A DNA stretch of 64,000 bases. Source: the human T2T-CHM13v2.0 reference genome, Homo sapiens. The translations under genes and the position numbers were made by a program. The notes under the pieces were generated by a model, which worked only from the letters and a program-made list of their open reading frames with translations, was not told the origin of the DNA and ran no database searches. Shown here piece after piece: positions 15,701 through 29,206 of this stretch; positions within the stretch are counted from its first letter, which is position 1, and every line of letters starts with the position of its first letter. The stretch is from assembly GCF_009914755.1 (NCBI RefSeq), contig NC_060938.1; one strand, 5' to 3'.

Positions 15701-17559
15701 TGTACTTTCATAAGAACTAGAAAGGTGACAGTATATCAACAATACATGGGTGCAAACATGCACACAACTTAGGAGGATGAGAAATTTGCCTGTGACAAAC
15801 ATTTAATTATTTTCAAAAAGAAAAGTGTTATTCTGAAAGCTAACCACTGAAGGCCCAACTCATAATAGATCTGGTTTTCTTGGATTCAATGGATTTTATA
15901 ATTTAATTCTATTATAAGGTAACTTAAAATATACCAATTACTTCACATTCTGTTCCAGAACATATTAACTGGTCTAAAGATGAGAAATAACTGTGTACAG
16001 ATTATCATTTCAAATATAAGGGAGGGAGAGAAGGAGGGAAAGAGAGACTTTTTAAAAATGATGAAGAAGGAAGGGCCTGGTAACTATAATGGACGATGTC
16101 ATCCACAATCCCTATTGATATATAGTAATCATAATATTTTTGTCATAGAATATTAGGATTATCGTTTTTTAATGAAACAAGTATTCACAGAAATCTGAGA
16201 ACAATAATAGATTTGAAGATGTAAATTTAGATCAGTATTTCGTCAACCTTTCTAACCCACAATGAATCTTTAAAAAAAATGTTGGACACTGCAGAGTGTC
16301 CCTCTGTAGGGTCTAAAACTGCAACATGTAACTAAAAATGATTCAAACCTTTTGATGTTTATCTAGTCTTTTTCTCAATTTCCAGGAAAGAAAAGCTCAT
16401 ATAGTAAAGAAACATGGATCTGACGTTCCACAATTCTTTCAGTTTCATGTCCACTTCTTCCGTTAAATTATTTTAAATACTTTTTGTAACATATTCAATC
16501 TTATTTTATCAACACTGTTTTTGTTGCCTACCTAGCCCTTTAGTTTCATTTTTATGCAATATCTAGATAATATTCAGCAAATCTTAACAACGATTAACTC
16601 TGGGTGGTAGGATTTTGGGTAATTAGTGGCTTTTATTTGAACTTCTCTTTGTACAAATGAAAATGTTCATAATGTGCCTTCCTCATTTTTAGAAAAAAAT
16701 AAAGCCATTATTCCCCTCCCAAAGTTCGAAATATTTCCTTAAAAAGTTTTTCTTGAAAATGTTAATACATTTTGAAAAAGAACTTTATTTTTCAATGGAG
16801 TGATTGATTACCTACATTTGGTATATTATCTGCATAATACGAGTTTTCTTTCACTAAGGGGGAAAAAAAATCCCCTTCTCCCCAGCTAAGGCAGTTTTCC
16901 CATTGGATCCCATTAGAATCTTTAGAGCCAGGGAGTCTGCAATTGTTAATATTTACATTGTAATATTTGTATAATACTTTAATAATAATGGGTCTAAATA
17001 AAATGCTGATTTTCATAAAAGGTGATATTAGTCTGCCTTTATGTATATGTGTAAAATGTCTTTCCCAAATACTATTCCCAAAGGCATGCTTTTTTTCAAT
17101 TACTGTGGCTAAAACAGATTATTTCCTCGGTGTATTCTGGAATGCTTAGCTCTTTAATGTTTCAGACTAGCTCCTTTCAGAACAGACTATCCTGAAGTGT
17201 TTCCACGAACACTGTAGACCAGCATAAAAGTTTCAAAATATTTTATAAAAAAAGATTGCCTTTAGGTTATGCTCTCTGGAAAGTGTTTCATCTTCCATCA
17301 ATAACTTACATTCTGGCAATCTGTAACTACAAAATGCTGCCACGCAGAGTAAAGTGGGAGGTGACCTCTAGCCCCAGGCACACATGTATCAATCAACCAT
17401 ACTACTAAGCATCCTGCCAGGTGAATTTGTTGAGTACAGTGAGATCTGGGGAGAAAAAATGATCTTTAGAGAACAAACAGAATCATGTGGATGCATGGTT
17501 CTAATCAAACTTTGTTCCCCTAGTACAACACCATTCGGATTTGGGTAGTACAGTCGAAG

Positions 17560-18440
17560 TGTTAAAAGAATAGGCTTCATGATCATAATGTTCTGTGTTC
17601 AGAACCCAGTTACGTCCTGGGGCAAACTGCTGCCCCTCTCATTCTTAAATCCCTTAGTTACCTCCTTTATAACATGAGAGTAATAAAAAAAGTCTCACGG
17701 AGGCTTAATTAAAGCAGGTATGTAACAAGAACTTAGGACAGCACCTGGCACGTAGCTAATATTTACGGAGAATTTAGAATGATGAATTGATGATGGTGGT
17801 GATGACAGTGACAACCATGGTATAAATTGGTCAAGATCATGGCCTTGCTGCTAAATTTTGTTGTATTTGTAAAGGTTAGAATGTCTGTGAAAATATCTCA
17901 GATGAGGTAGATGAGAGTTCACTTTCTCTAACTTAGTGTTAGTAAGATAGGCAGTGAGTGCTGAGATGGGAGGAGTTATGGATTTGAAGCCAAGAGAATC
18001 ACCTTTTACTACACAATCTGCTACCAAAAAACCTTGGGCAAGTCAGTTAACTTCTGAGCCTCATAATGTCCAAGAGTAAACTGAAAAGCTCAAATGAGAA
18101 GACGTCTGGCAAAATGAAGACTTGTAAATGTGAAGGGGTTATTAAGCCTACACAATCACCATTACATAGATAATTTAAACCTTTAGAAAAATCATTGAGG
18201 AAAAAGCCATCAACCTCAGCGGCAGAAGGTGGAGCAGTGGGAAGTGAGGGTCTCTGGAGACAGCCCAGGCTTGCAGCCAGCCTCTGGCATTACTATCTGT
18301 GTGCCCTTACCAAAGCCTCAGTCATCCCCTCCAAAATGAGGACAATAATAAAACTTACACCACACAGGTTTTGTGGGGACTAAATGTAGTAATTCAAACA
18401 AACCACTCAGTAAAGAGTCCTGTAAATTGTAGGACGGTAC
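17560..18440 (+). mobile_element. Cluster of about three MIR fragments
   Basis: Repeated MIR cores (tggggcaa..., ccttgggcaagtcagttaacttctgagcctca, gcctcagtcatcccctccaaaatgagg). Confidence 0.6.
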
Positions 18441-18983
18441 TGATCTGTAAGATTGTTATCTATACAGGTGTTTTGCTAGGTTGTCATTTAATTCTCATTT
18501 TGTTTTCACTGAGTAGAATGTGCTTTGATTTATTAACCAATATTTGGTGGTAGTATAACTTTTTAAAATTAGAAGCAGAATTGGTGTGATGTAGTATATA
18601 TAAGGAGGACTTTAGCCTCCCTTTCTTTAAACATTCTTGTCTGTAGCTGAAATTATATATGTTGATAAGGTTCCTTCTGCATGTGCACTACAGTGTTTAT
18701 GGCACACTATAATTAGTTTCAGTGGAGTCTTCATGAAATATTCAATCTGCTGCAATTTCTCCATGTAGTATTTAATAACATGAAGAAAACCTAAAGCTCA
18801 CATTATTTCCTTTCCAAGCAAAACTTGTCCCTCCTAATCCTTCTGGAGGACATCATCAACAGTGTTGCACTGACCTTTTTCCACTGCATTCACAGCTGCT
18901 TCTAGATCACACCCATTTTTTTTTTTTAAATTGGTATCCTGGACCTCTGCTGGTCTATGGGTTTGGCTCACTAAGAATTATTA

Positions 18984-19297
<314 letters not shown>

Positions 19298-21319
19298 TTT
19301 TTGATAATAAGGGAACTAAAGGGAAGAGGATACACTAAAAATGCTAAACAACAACAACAACAAAACCTCAATGTAGATTCTGTTAAGGTTAAAAGTTCTC
19401 ACAGTGAGGAGAAAAAAAAGGAATAATTCACTCCTTACAATTTCTCTTTTGTGCTCATAAGTCCTCCCACCCAGTTACTTATTAGTCAATTTTCAAGATA
19501 ATGGATTTGTTCCATCTAACAAAAGGAAATCAATGGTACTAAAGATGACCAAAGGTCGCTGAGTATAAAAGATTCTCAATGATCTTCAATTAATCTTCAC
19601 AAGTAGCTCTGCATCAGAAATGAAAAATTATTGTCTTCAATGGCGAAACTATGACATTTTGTGTTAATTTCTAATGATAAAAGTCCATGTGTTTTTTTAA
19701 AACCTCGGAGACATAAACTGAGGCAACCGAGTCAAACCGCATAAGATTGTGATGAAATAGATTAAGATATTTAATTCATAAGATTTTGTGAATATCTTAT
19801 ACAAATAGAAAAGAAAACCTGCCATCTTTGGATATCTACTTTTGTTAAAAATACTAGAAACTCATAATCATGGTCTAAAATCCAGTGTTTATGTCCAACT
19901 AAATTTGATCTTATACCAAGCCATAGTTGTTTGTCAGGTGTGTATATCAAATAAACTGGATGGATCTAAACACAGAACAAGAATAAAATGTTACAAAATA
20001 TTTTCACAGCTGCCTTCTATATTGAACATATGTTCTTCCACGTAATTGTCATCATTCTTCAAAACATTGTGCCTCAACTGGCATACATTTCTTATTTACT
20101 GGCTTTTAAATTTATCAGCTCCATCGATTTACTTTTGACAACGGTATTTCCAACACTCACATAATTTGAAGTAGACGACTGTATTTTATGTCATTGCCAC
20201 CCAATCCAACAAACAAGAGGCAAGGTAAGCAGGCTTTTAATTCTGAGATTTATGTTTACTTTTTCTTAAAATATATACCGAAGCAAAACCCTACAGAGGC
20301 ATTAAAGATAAAAGGACATCCTATCCTTCCTGTGATATAGAATTACAAGGGGAAGATGCCAGGTTTTTACAAAATCAGCTGCTGCTCCAGAGTATTCTTG
20401 GTCTCCTGAGGGATGCTGCAAAACCCTGCAGGTTAAATTAAACGCGCCTTCTTCAGAACCATCTTTGTTAAATATGAAAAGACACTACCTCCGACAAACA
20501 CCCAAGTTACTACACACAATTCATTCTTGCAAATTATCTTTCTCCTCATACTCTGTAACTGCAAGGTGAATTTTAATGTAACAAAGGAGAGATGGATGTG
20601 TGAAGTGTGAGGCTGAATAAAAATGGCTGAAAAGCAATCCAAGCGAGGCTGGAGGGTAGCCACACCCAGTGCTAATATGGACTATTCCAAAATAAATCTG
20701 TTATACCAAGGGCCACGGGCACTGTTTCGTTCTTTCCCTCCATTTATTTCACAGATACCTATTATTAATAAATAGTAGTCACAGGTTACTCCAATGACAG
20801 AAAAAAACCCCAAATATTTCAAAGTGAACCATCCTAATATGTGGCTACGCCATCATATTTTCAGGATTTCGAGAGCTAGTCTGCATCTCCACTCTCCTTT
20901 GTGTGACCACAAATAACAACCCTGAAATGGGTGTGTCCCTCTTAAAAGGATGCACTCCAGCCCTCTCAGTTAATGGTTCTGCCAGGAGATTTCAACCTTT
21001 GGGCAGAAATAAATGCACTGGGATGCATGGAACAATAAGAAAGCACTTTAACTCCGGGGATGAGAAAACATTAAACAAGTACTGAATGATGCACAGATCC
21101 CAAAAGAACTCCCGGAGGAGGCGATTGATGCATTATTTAAAATACCAGCATTACAACAAGAAAACAAAGGGGTGGGGGTGGGGTTAAAAAAAAAAGAAAA
21201 AAACAACAACCAAGCACCATCCATTTTGATTCTTGAAATAAGAGGTTTACTACCCCCCAACACAAAGCTCTGGGGTATAAAGCATGCACAGGTCCCACAG
21301 GTGAAATGATGCACAATGG

Positions 21320-21830
21320 ACGAGTCCAGGTCCCGGGTTTCCCGTGCGCCTCAGGCATGCACTACTGAAATAAAGAGAATACCCTGACTTTTCCAGTTGC
21401 TCCACACACAGTCCATCTTGGTGGAATCGGCAGTGGCCTGCATCGTGCGGGCTTTGGGGGCTCGCCGTGGCTCTCCTCGGGGGCGCCGAGCGTGCACTCA
21501 AGCGTTGGTGCCCGGCTGCTGCGGCTGGGCTCGCAGTGGCCGCGCGGCTGCGGAGAGACTGAGGCTGCACCAGGCGGCGCGCGGTGAGGGGCGGGAGCGT
21601 CGCTGGCGCCGCAGTCTGCGCGGCCGGCAGCGAATCAGCGCGGCGCGGCCCCGGAGCCGCCTGCGCGCATGGGGATGCGGGCGCCGCTCCACGCGACAGC
21701 GTTGGCTGGGCTGCCCAAGGGTGCTACCCTGGAGACGGGTAAAGCGGTTCTGGCCGCGAAGGCGCTGACGCGGACAGTGGGTGGGAGGTTTGGGAGGAGG
21801 GGAAAAAGGGCTGACGGTGGGGGTGAGAGG
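21320..21830 (-). promoter_or_regulatory. RTN1: CpG island: internal promoter and 5' UTR of RTN1-C
   Basis: Only dense non-repeat CpG/GC-rich stretch in the window; GC box (GGGGCGGGA near 21588); surrounds and precedes the RTN1-C ATG. The exact TSS cannot be read from sequence. Confidence 0.88.
21383..21443 (-). CDS. RTN1: Coding part of the alternative first exon of reticulon-1 isoform C (RTN1-C / NSP-C)
   Basis: Minus strand reads ATG CAG GCC ACT GCC GAT TCC ACC AAG ATG GAC TGT GTG TGG AGC AAC TGG AAA AGT CAG G|gtattc = MQATADSTKMDCVWSNWKSQ, the N-terminus I recognise as unique to RTN1-C. Phase-1 GT donor at 21382-21381 fits the next residue Ala (AIDLLYWRD...). Lies in a CpG island. Confidence 0.96.
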
Positions 21831-23749
21831 AGGAGGACTTGGGCTGTTCCTGGGAGTTCTTGACTCCCAGAATATGCGAGGTGCATATTCTAGAAATTTC
21901 TGAGAAACCCAAGAAACCTGCTGGACAAGACCAAGTCAACGGCATCATAAATGTCAGGCTTGCAGCATAATGTTCCCTAATTGTTGCCACCGTTTACCTT
22001 TCACTTCTCCCTCTAACTCTTAAAAATCTGAACTCGATGAATTTTAATTGCCCAGAATCTTCTGAAGAATTGCCAGATTCTCTCCTTTTGGAATATTCCA
22101 CAGATATCCAAAACCTTTGTTGGCAAGCAACAATCACTGGAGAGAAAGCCTACTGCTCTGTCCCAGAGGGCTTGTGTATTTCTTGGGTTACCCCTCTCTG
22201 TTTGTGGGTTGAAGGAATCCATGTCAGAATGCGGTGCCTGTAGACCCCAGACCAAAGCCCTTGGACTCTGGTACGTGGAGTCATTGGTCAATGCAGTGAC
22301 AATCCAAGGGTGTCATTTGTGGGGACGTTCAAACAGAACTCAGGGAAGCAAAGGGCATTCTGTCTCAACAGTGTCATCTTTGGGATTGACCACTGGGGGG
22401 CAATGGAGGTGGGTGGTGTGTATTTGGGAGATAAGACTTTTGGCTTCCAAGCCCAGGTAGTTAAGGATGTCAGGAGTCCACAGTTAAAATGCAAATGTCT
22501 AAGGAAGGAACAGAACAATGGGTGGTGACCTGCTTTTTAAATCTTACCATAAACTACTTTATCAGAACATACATCAAGACCCTGAAAGAATGGATGGGAT
22601 AAATGTATTTTGATGAAGAAAAGGTAGAAATAGGAAAGAGAAAGGACTGGAATGTGGGCATTGTCTGGAAAAGAAGGTACTGTTGGAAGGGGTCCCTAGA
22701 GGAGACAAGACACTGCATGAGGACAGAGAATGCCCTGGAGACCACGGGAGCATACAGAAGAGTTCAGAGGGAGCAGGAACAAACTTTCCACTTCATCTTG
22801 TGGCATGGCCTTATCCATTACAGGGTCTTTTTCATAGAGAAGTGGAGCCTTCCCGATTCTTCTACAGTTGCCAGAGGTGTTCTTTCCCAGATCAAAATCT
22901 ACATTTGCATACCCCACACCAGCATGGGCCTAAGGACAGTAATCTCAAGGTTATGCTTGTAGACATGATTTATCATCTTTCATTTTAATGAAGCATATAC
23001 ACTTTAAAATACGATCTTTGGGATCATGTGTATTCTTTTCAGAATACAAGCTTGTGGAGAAACCAGCTGGGCCTCTCTGCGTATCTTTGTAACATATCTG
23101 AAATTATTCTTGATAAAGCTTAATGGGGTGTCAGAGCTCCCACAGGGCTGATGGGAAGGAACAACAATGACCACATTATTACAAAGCACTTTTCACAATG
23201 ACCTACTCTAAGGTTATTCTTGATTATTTTTTCTATTTGTATTCCCTACCTTTCCTCCCTCCTCCCAATTTTTTTCATTGCCACGTCATTTTTGGGAATT
23301 CTGTCAGTTAAATACTGAAAAGACTGGTATATGATGATAGCCTGATCAGCACCGACTTCTCACTGCATGATATGAGGACAAGACTGAGAAGAAAGGAGAG
23401 GGTAAGGCAGGGGTTGCCTGGTGGGCTTTTGCTGCCCTGGCTGCTTTTCAGTTGGAGGGAGATCTTTAGAGCTGTGGCCACTAGGAGGCACTGCCAGTCC
23501 AATGATAGCCCCAGTTATCATCCCTAAGTCCAGAAGGTGCCAGCAGGTACCTTTACTGATGAGTATTGTGTCCACCACATTACGGGAAACAGTGTGTACT
23601 GCCAATCTGACAGTCTGTATAGTGTGTATGGTGAATACACAATGTTCCCAATAAGGAACAGGGAGAAGCAAGCTCTCTTTAAAGTGGAGGATACATTAGG
23701 TCAGACTTTCTGGGCCAGGCGTTTTCATTGACCATAAAGTTGACCTTGG

Positions 23750-24041
23750 GGCCAGGCGCGGTGGTTCACTCCTGTAATCCTAGCATTTTGGAAGGCCGAG
23801 GTGAGTGGATCACTTGAGCCAGGAGCTCAAGACCAGCCTGGGCAACATGGTGAAACCCCATCTCTAAAAAAAATACAAAAAAAAAATTTTTTCCGGGCAT
23901 GGTGGCATGCACCTGTACTCCTAGCTACTTGGGAGGCTGAAGTGGGAAGATCACTTGAACCCAGGGAGATCGAGGCTGCAGTGAGTTGTGATCGCACCAC
24001 TGCACTCCAGCCTGGGTGACATAGTGAGACCCCGTCTAAAA
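23750..24041 (+). mobile_element. AluJ with almost no tail
   Basis: AluJ diagnostics (GAGGCTGCAGTGAG, ATAGTGAGACC); TSD AAAG(T/C)TGACCTTGG. Confidence 0.88.
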
Positions 24042-24869
24042 GCTGACCTTGGAATGTCAGCTTGGCTGAAAGATCACATTATTTTCATTCATACTAAGTG
24101 TGGAGAGAGATGTTGGATGGCACACAAAAATCCACTCTAACAGTTTGATAGTTGAAGGTTGAGGAAGTAAGATGGCTATTTCACAGACAGATTCACACTA
24201 GTGAAGTAAAAATTGGCGGGCTTTAGCTTAATGTGTAGGTGGTAAGAGAAACATAAATGAACTTATTCACGGAAAACTAGGAATCACCTGTATTGTAAAA
24301 GTTAGCTACATGGCCTTCAGCAAGTCATTTATCATCTCTGGACCTCTCATAATTATAATACAAATAAATGGAAGCTTTAGGTGTTTGTCATTATGAAATA
24401 ATAAGAATTTATTTCCCATAAACATCGTAAATGGGTGCTTTCTTTGCACAACTGCTCACACAGTATTAATTGAAAGCTCTTGCCAAGATCAAAACGATAA
24501 AATGGGTAGAGAAGATATGTAAATTTTCCTTAAGTGGTGAAAGAAAACAGAAAGCAAAATAAAGCTTGCTAAAAGTAGGCAGGAACTGCCACTATCTTTA
24601 AACCAGTAGAGAACAGACGGGCTTTATCTGCAGCCAGCTTAGAACTTGGTTAAGGTGCTTGCCAGGAGAGGAAGTGATTTCTTTACTTTTCAGGATTAAA
24701 TCATGCATTAGGCAGTCTGTTCTCAGGAAAAGCAAAATAGTCAAGTTTTGTAATCTCATCCCAGGTCAAGATTAATATTGAAGGCTAGCATTCCCAGAGT
24801 GGCTTTATTGTGTCTGTCTCCTCTGGCACCAGAATTTTACTGATGGGAATCAGTGGCATCTGCATTGAT

Positions 24870-25930
24870 ACATTTATTCAACAAATATTTATTGAGTACC
24901 TGCTGTGTGCTGGACACTGTTCTAGGCATAAAGCAGAGTTCCTATTTTATACGCTGGTGTTTATGTGTGGGCAAATAATAACCAAAAAGGTAAATATATA
25001 ATATTCATTTGTAGACAAGTGTATGGGAAAAATAAAGCACATAAAAGAGGACAGAGTGGAGGTGAGGTGAAAATTTACTATTTTATAAGGAGGGTCAGCA
25101 AAGGCCCGGAGCAGACACCTAAAGGAGCAGGAGAATGCCATTAAGATATATGGGAGAAGAACATTCACAGATGCACTGCGTTTTTATGACAGAATGTAAT
25201 AATTGGTACACTATATAAGCATCTTCATTTTTTTCTTGTTCTGAGAAATATAGCAATTGGAATAAAAGGCACAGAACCAAAAATATACTTCATTATGATC
25301 AAAGAACACTGAGAACTCTATGCCATATGGAATAAGGAAATTTTAAAAGGCAACCAGTTTGGCACATAACCCACTGTAGCAGAATAATGCATGAATATGG
25401 AGTTTCAAACAATAGATTAGCACATGTTATTTGCCAGGTGCTTCTTCATGTGGTATACATTTAGTTGTTACAAGATCCCTATGAGTTAGTGTTTACCCTT
25501 ATTTCTTGATTCATTTATTCATTTGATCTACAAATATTTATAGAGCCCATACTAAGGACCTGTCTCCATAAATACAAAGGGAGCTGCCCACTGGGAACTC
25601 GAGTCCAGAGGGGGAAAATTTTACACATAAATAGATAAATGCAATAACTAACAGACCTATGAGCAGGAAAGAGTGGGTACACAAACAGAGAGTGGCTAGG
25701 GAGAAGAACAGGTTTCAGGAAAGGCTTTAGAGGGTAGGTAAAGTTGAGCTGAGTTATGAACAAGAAATAGCATCACCAGTTTGAGTCATGGGGATTTCCT
25801 GGCAGACAGAAATGGAATTAATGGGAAACTTAATTACAGAAATGTGCAGGGGCTAGATCATGCCAGTCCTGAGTAGTAATACTGGCAGTAAATGAGGGAG
25901 ACACTGAAGGGTTTTGAGAAGTGGACTAAC
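24870..25930 (-). mobile_element. L2 3' fragments with an intervening MIR
   Basis: cattcaacaaatatttattgagtacc at about 24876; second L2 terminus near 25511. Confidence 0.65.
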
Positions 25931-25959
25931 ACGGGAACTTGAATAATTTATCCAAATTT

Positions 25960-27088
25960 GCAGTTTTCCAGAAATGATAAATTCTAGGGTTATGACAGTC
26001 AATCAGCCCTTAGCAAGACAAGTAATAAATCAATACCCCGACCCACATTATAGTGAACATGTAAGGCATCGCAGACAAGGAGAAAATCTTAAAAGCAAGC
26101 ATAAATCAAAGGCAGATTACCTCAGAGAAACTGTTAGACCAACAGCAGTCTTTAATAGAACCAGAATCTAATAGTTTGAGAAAATAACATCTTCAAAGTA
26201 GCAAACGAATGTAATCATCATCTTGAATTCTATACCCAGCAAGACTAACAGACCTTTTCAAATATGTAATCAATGAGAAAATTTACTAATTGCAGACCCT
26301 GAAGAAAAATCTACCAAAGGTGACACTTTAGGAAGAAAAAAATTGAACCTTAGAAATGAATTGCATGAAAAAAATGCTGGACATAAAAATTATTAAAGGC
26401 CAGCTTGAGGATTTATAAAAGAAAGGTAAAATTAAAACAGGAGACAAAAACAGAACATAAGGTGGAAGGGAGTGGGAAGAGTAAAAGCATTCTACAGTCC
26501 TTTCATTGTTTAGGAGGAAAATAGAAGTACCAGCTGTAGACTTTGGCAACTCATATTTGTGTATTAAATATTTGTCAGCGGAAAAGAAAATAATTAGAAT
26601 ATATAACTTCTAAATAAATTAATTGCATAAACTAGAGAATTAATCAAACAATAGAAATTAGGAAAGGGGAAAATAAGAAAATACAAAGAACTGGTAAATG
26701 GAAAGCACAAAATGAAGTGTCATAAGTCCTCACTTAACATCGTTGATAGGTTCTTGGAAACTGCAACTTTAAAGAAAAAGACATATAAGAGAATGAATAT
26801 TTTTTTTCTCATCAGTGTTAATAATGAATCTACCTTGCATGAAATGACATTATTGAAGAACCTGCTGTACATCTTTTCACTTAAAGTTATAGTTTCCAAG
26901 AACCTATGACATTGAGGACTTACATTATTGGAAATACATCTAAATATATCTAACTTGTACCAGCTGGAAAGATGGAAACTATCAGATTGGATGAAAAAAA
27001 TCTAGCCAGAGGATGCCTACAAAAGAAAATCTAAATACATAGTTGAAATAGGAAAGTTTAAAGTAGAAATGGAAAATGCTATACCGAG
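25960..27088 (+). mobile_element. Old L1M fragment
   Basis: A-rich, degenerate L1 ORF1/inter-ORF-like sequence. Confidence 0.5.
26721..26923. mobile_element. MER6-family Tigger MITE (MER6B-like)
   Basis: taagtcctca...tgaggactta termini and long internal inverted repeat (ataggttcttggaaact / agtttccaagaacctat). Confidence 0.75.
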
Positions 27089-27508
27089 TGATGTGGTTTG
27101 GATATTTTTCCCCTCCAAATCTCATGTTGAAATATGATTCCCAATGTTGGAGGTGGGGCCTGGTGGGAGGTGATTGGATCATGGAGGTGGATCCCTCATG
27201 GTTTAGCACCATCCCCTTGGTGATAAGTGGGTTTTCACTCAGTTCATATGAGGTGTGGTTGTTTAAGAGTCTGGGACCACCCCTCTTGCCCTCTGCTCCC
27301 TTGCTCCACTCTCGCCATGTGATGTGCCTGCTCCCACTTCACCTTCTGCCATGATTGTAAGCTTCCCGAGGCCCTCGCCAGACACTGAGCAGATGTTCGT
27401 GGCATACTTGTACAGCCCGCAGATCCGTGAGCCAATTAAACCTTTTTTCTTTATAAATAACCCAGTCTCAGGTATTCCTTTATAGTAACAAAAGAACAGC
27501 CTAACACA
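27089..27508 (+). mobile_element. MST (MSTB-like) solo MaLR LTR
   Basis: TGATGTGGTTTGG...CTAACACA; typical MST body. Confidence 0.82.
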
Positions 27509-28368
27509 CTAGGTTAATAGAGTATTATATAGTGACCTTGCTAAATTTACTTATTAATTCCGTTTGAAGATTCTTTAAAAATTTTTATGCACATAGAGGC
27601 ATACCTTAGAGATATTGTGGGTTCTGTTTGAGACCACTACAATGAAGTGAATATTGCAATAAAGTGAGTCACATGATTTTTGGGGTTTCCAAGTGCACAT
27701 AAAAGTAATGTTTACACTATACTGTAGTCTATTAATTGTGCAATAGCATTATGATTACAAAAAATTCACATGCCTTGATTTAAAAATATTTTATTGATAA
27801 AATGCTAATAATCTTCTGAGCCTTCAGTAATTCATAATAATCTTTTTGCTGGTGGAGGGTCTTGCCTCGATGTTGATAGCTGCTGACCAGGGTCATGGTT
27901 ATTGAAGATTGGAGTGGTTGCAGCAATTTTTGAAAGTAAGACAGCAGTAAAGTTTGCCACATTGATTGATTCTTCCTTTTATTAAAGATTTTTCTGTAGC
28001 ACACAATGTTGTTCGAGAGCACCTTACCCACAGTAGAAGTTCTTTTAAAATTGGAGTCAATCCTCTCAAACTCTGCCACTCTCTATCAACTAAGTTTATG
28101 TAATATTCTAAATCTTTTGTTGTCATTTCAACAGTGTTCACAGCATCTTCACCAGGAGTAAATTCCATCTCAAGAAACCACTTTCTTTGGTCATCCATAA
28201 GAAGCAACTCCTCATCCATTCAAGTTTGATCCTGATATTGCACCAATTCAGTCATATCTTTGGGCTCTACTTCTAATTCTGGTTCTTTTGTTATTTTCAC
28301 CATATCTGCACTTACTTCCTCCACTGAAGTCTTGGACCCCTGAAAGTCATCCATAAAGATTGGAATCA

Positions 28369-28768
<400 letters not shown>

Positions 28769-28772
28769 TTAA

Positions 28773-29206
<434 letters not shown>

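Noticed and set aside
21635-21670. Upstream ORF MRAGGSGAAPR in the RTN1-C leader
   Set aside because: Relevant only if the TSS lies beyond 21670, which the sequence cannot establish.
21683-21780. REST/RE1-like fragments (CCGCTCCACGCGACAGCG; GGCGCTGACGCGGACAG)
   Set aside because: Neither gives both half-sites with correct spacing; cannot be supported without ChIP data.
21250-21990. Several Arg/Ala/Pro-rich ORFs over the CpG island
   Set aside because: Expected from stop-poor GC-rich DNA; several start at non-ATG codons; the real coding frame is the short RTN1-C exon.
22000-23740. Cluster of 60-120 aa ORFs in unique sequence upstream of RTN1-C
   Set aside because: No recognisable protein similarity or exon structure; a divergent lncRNA cannot be excluded or shown from sequence alone.
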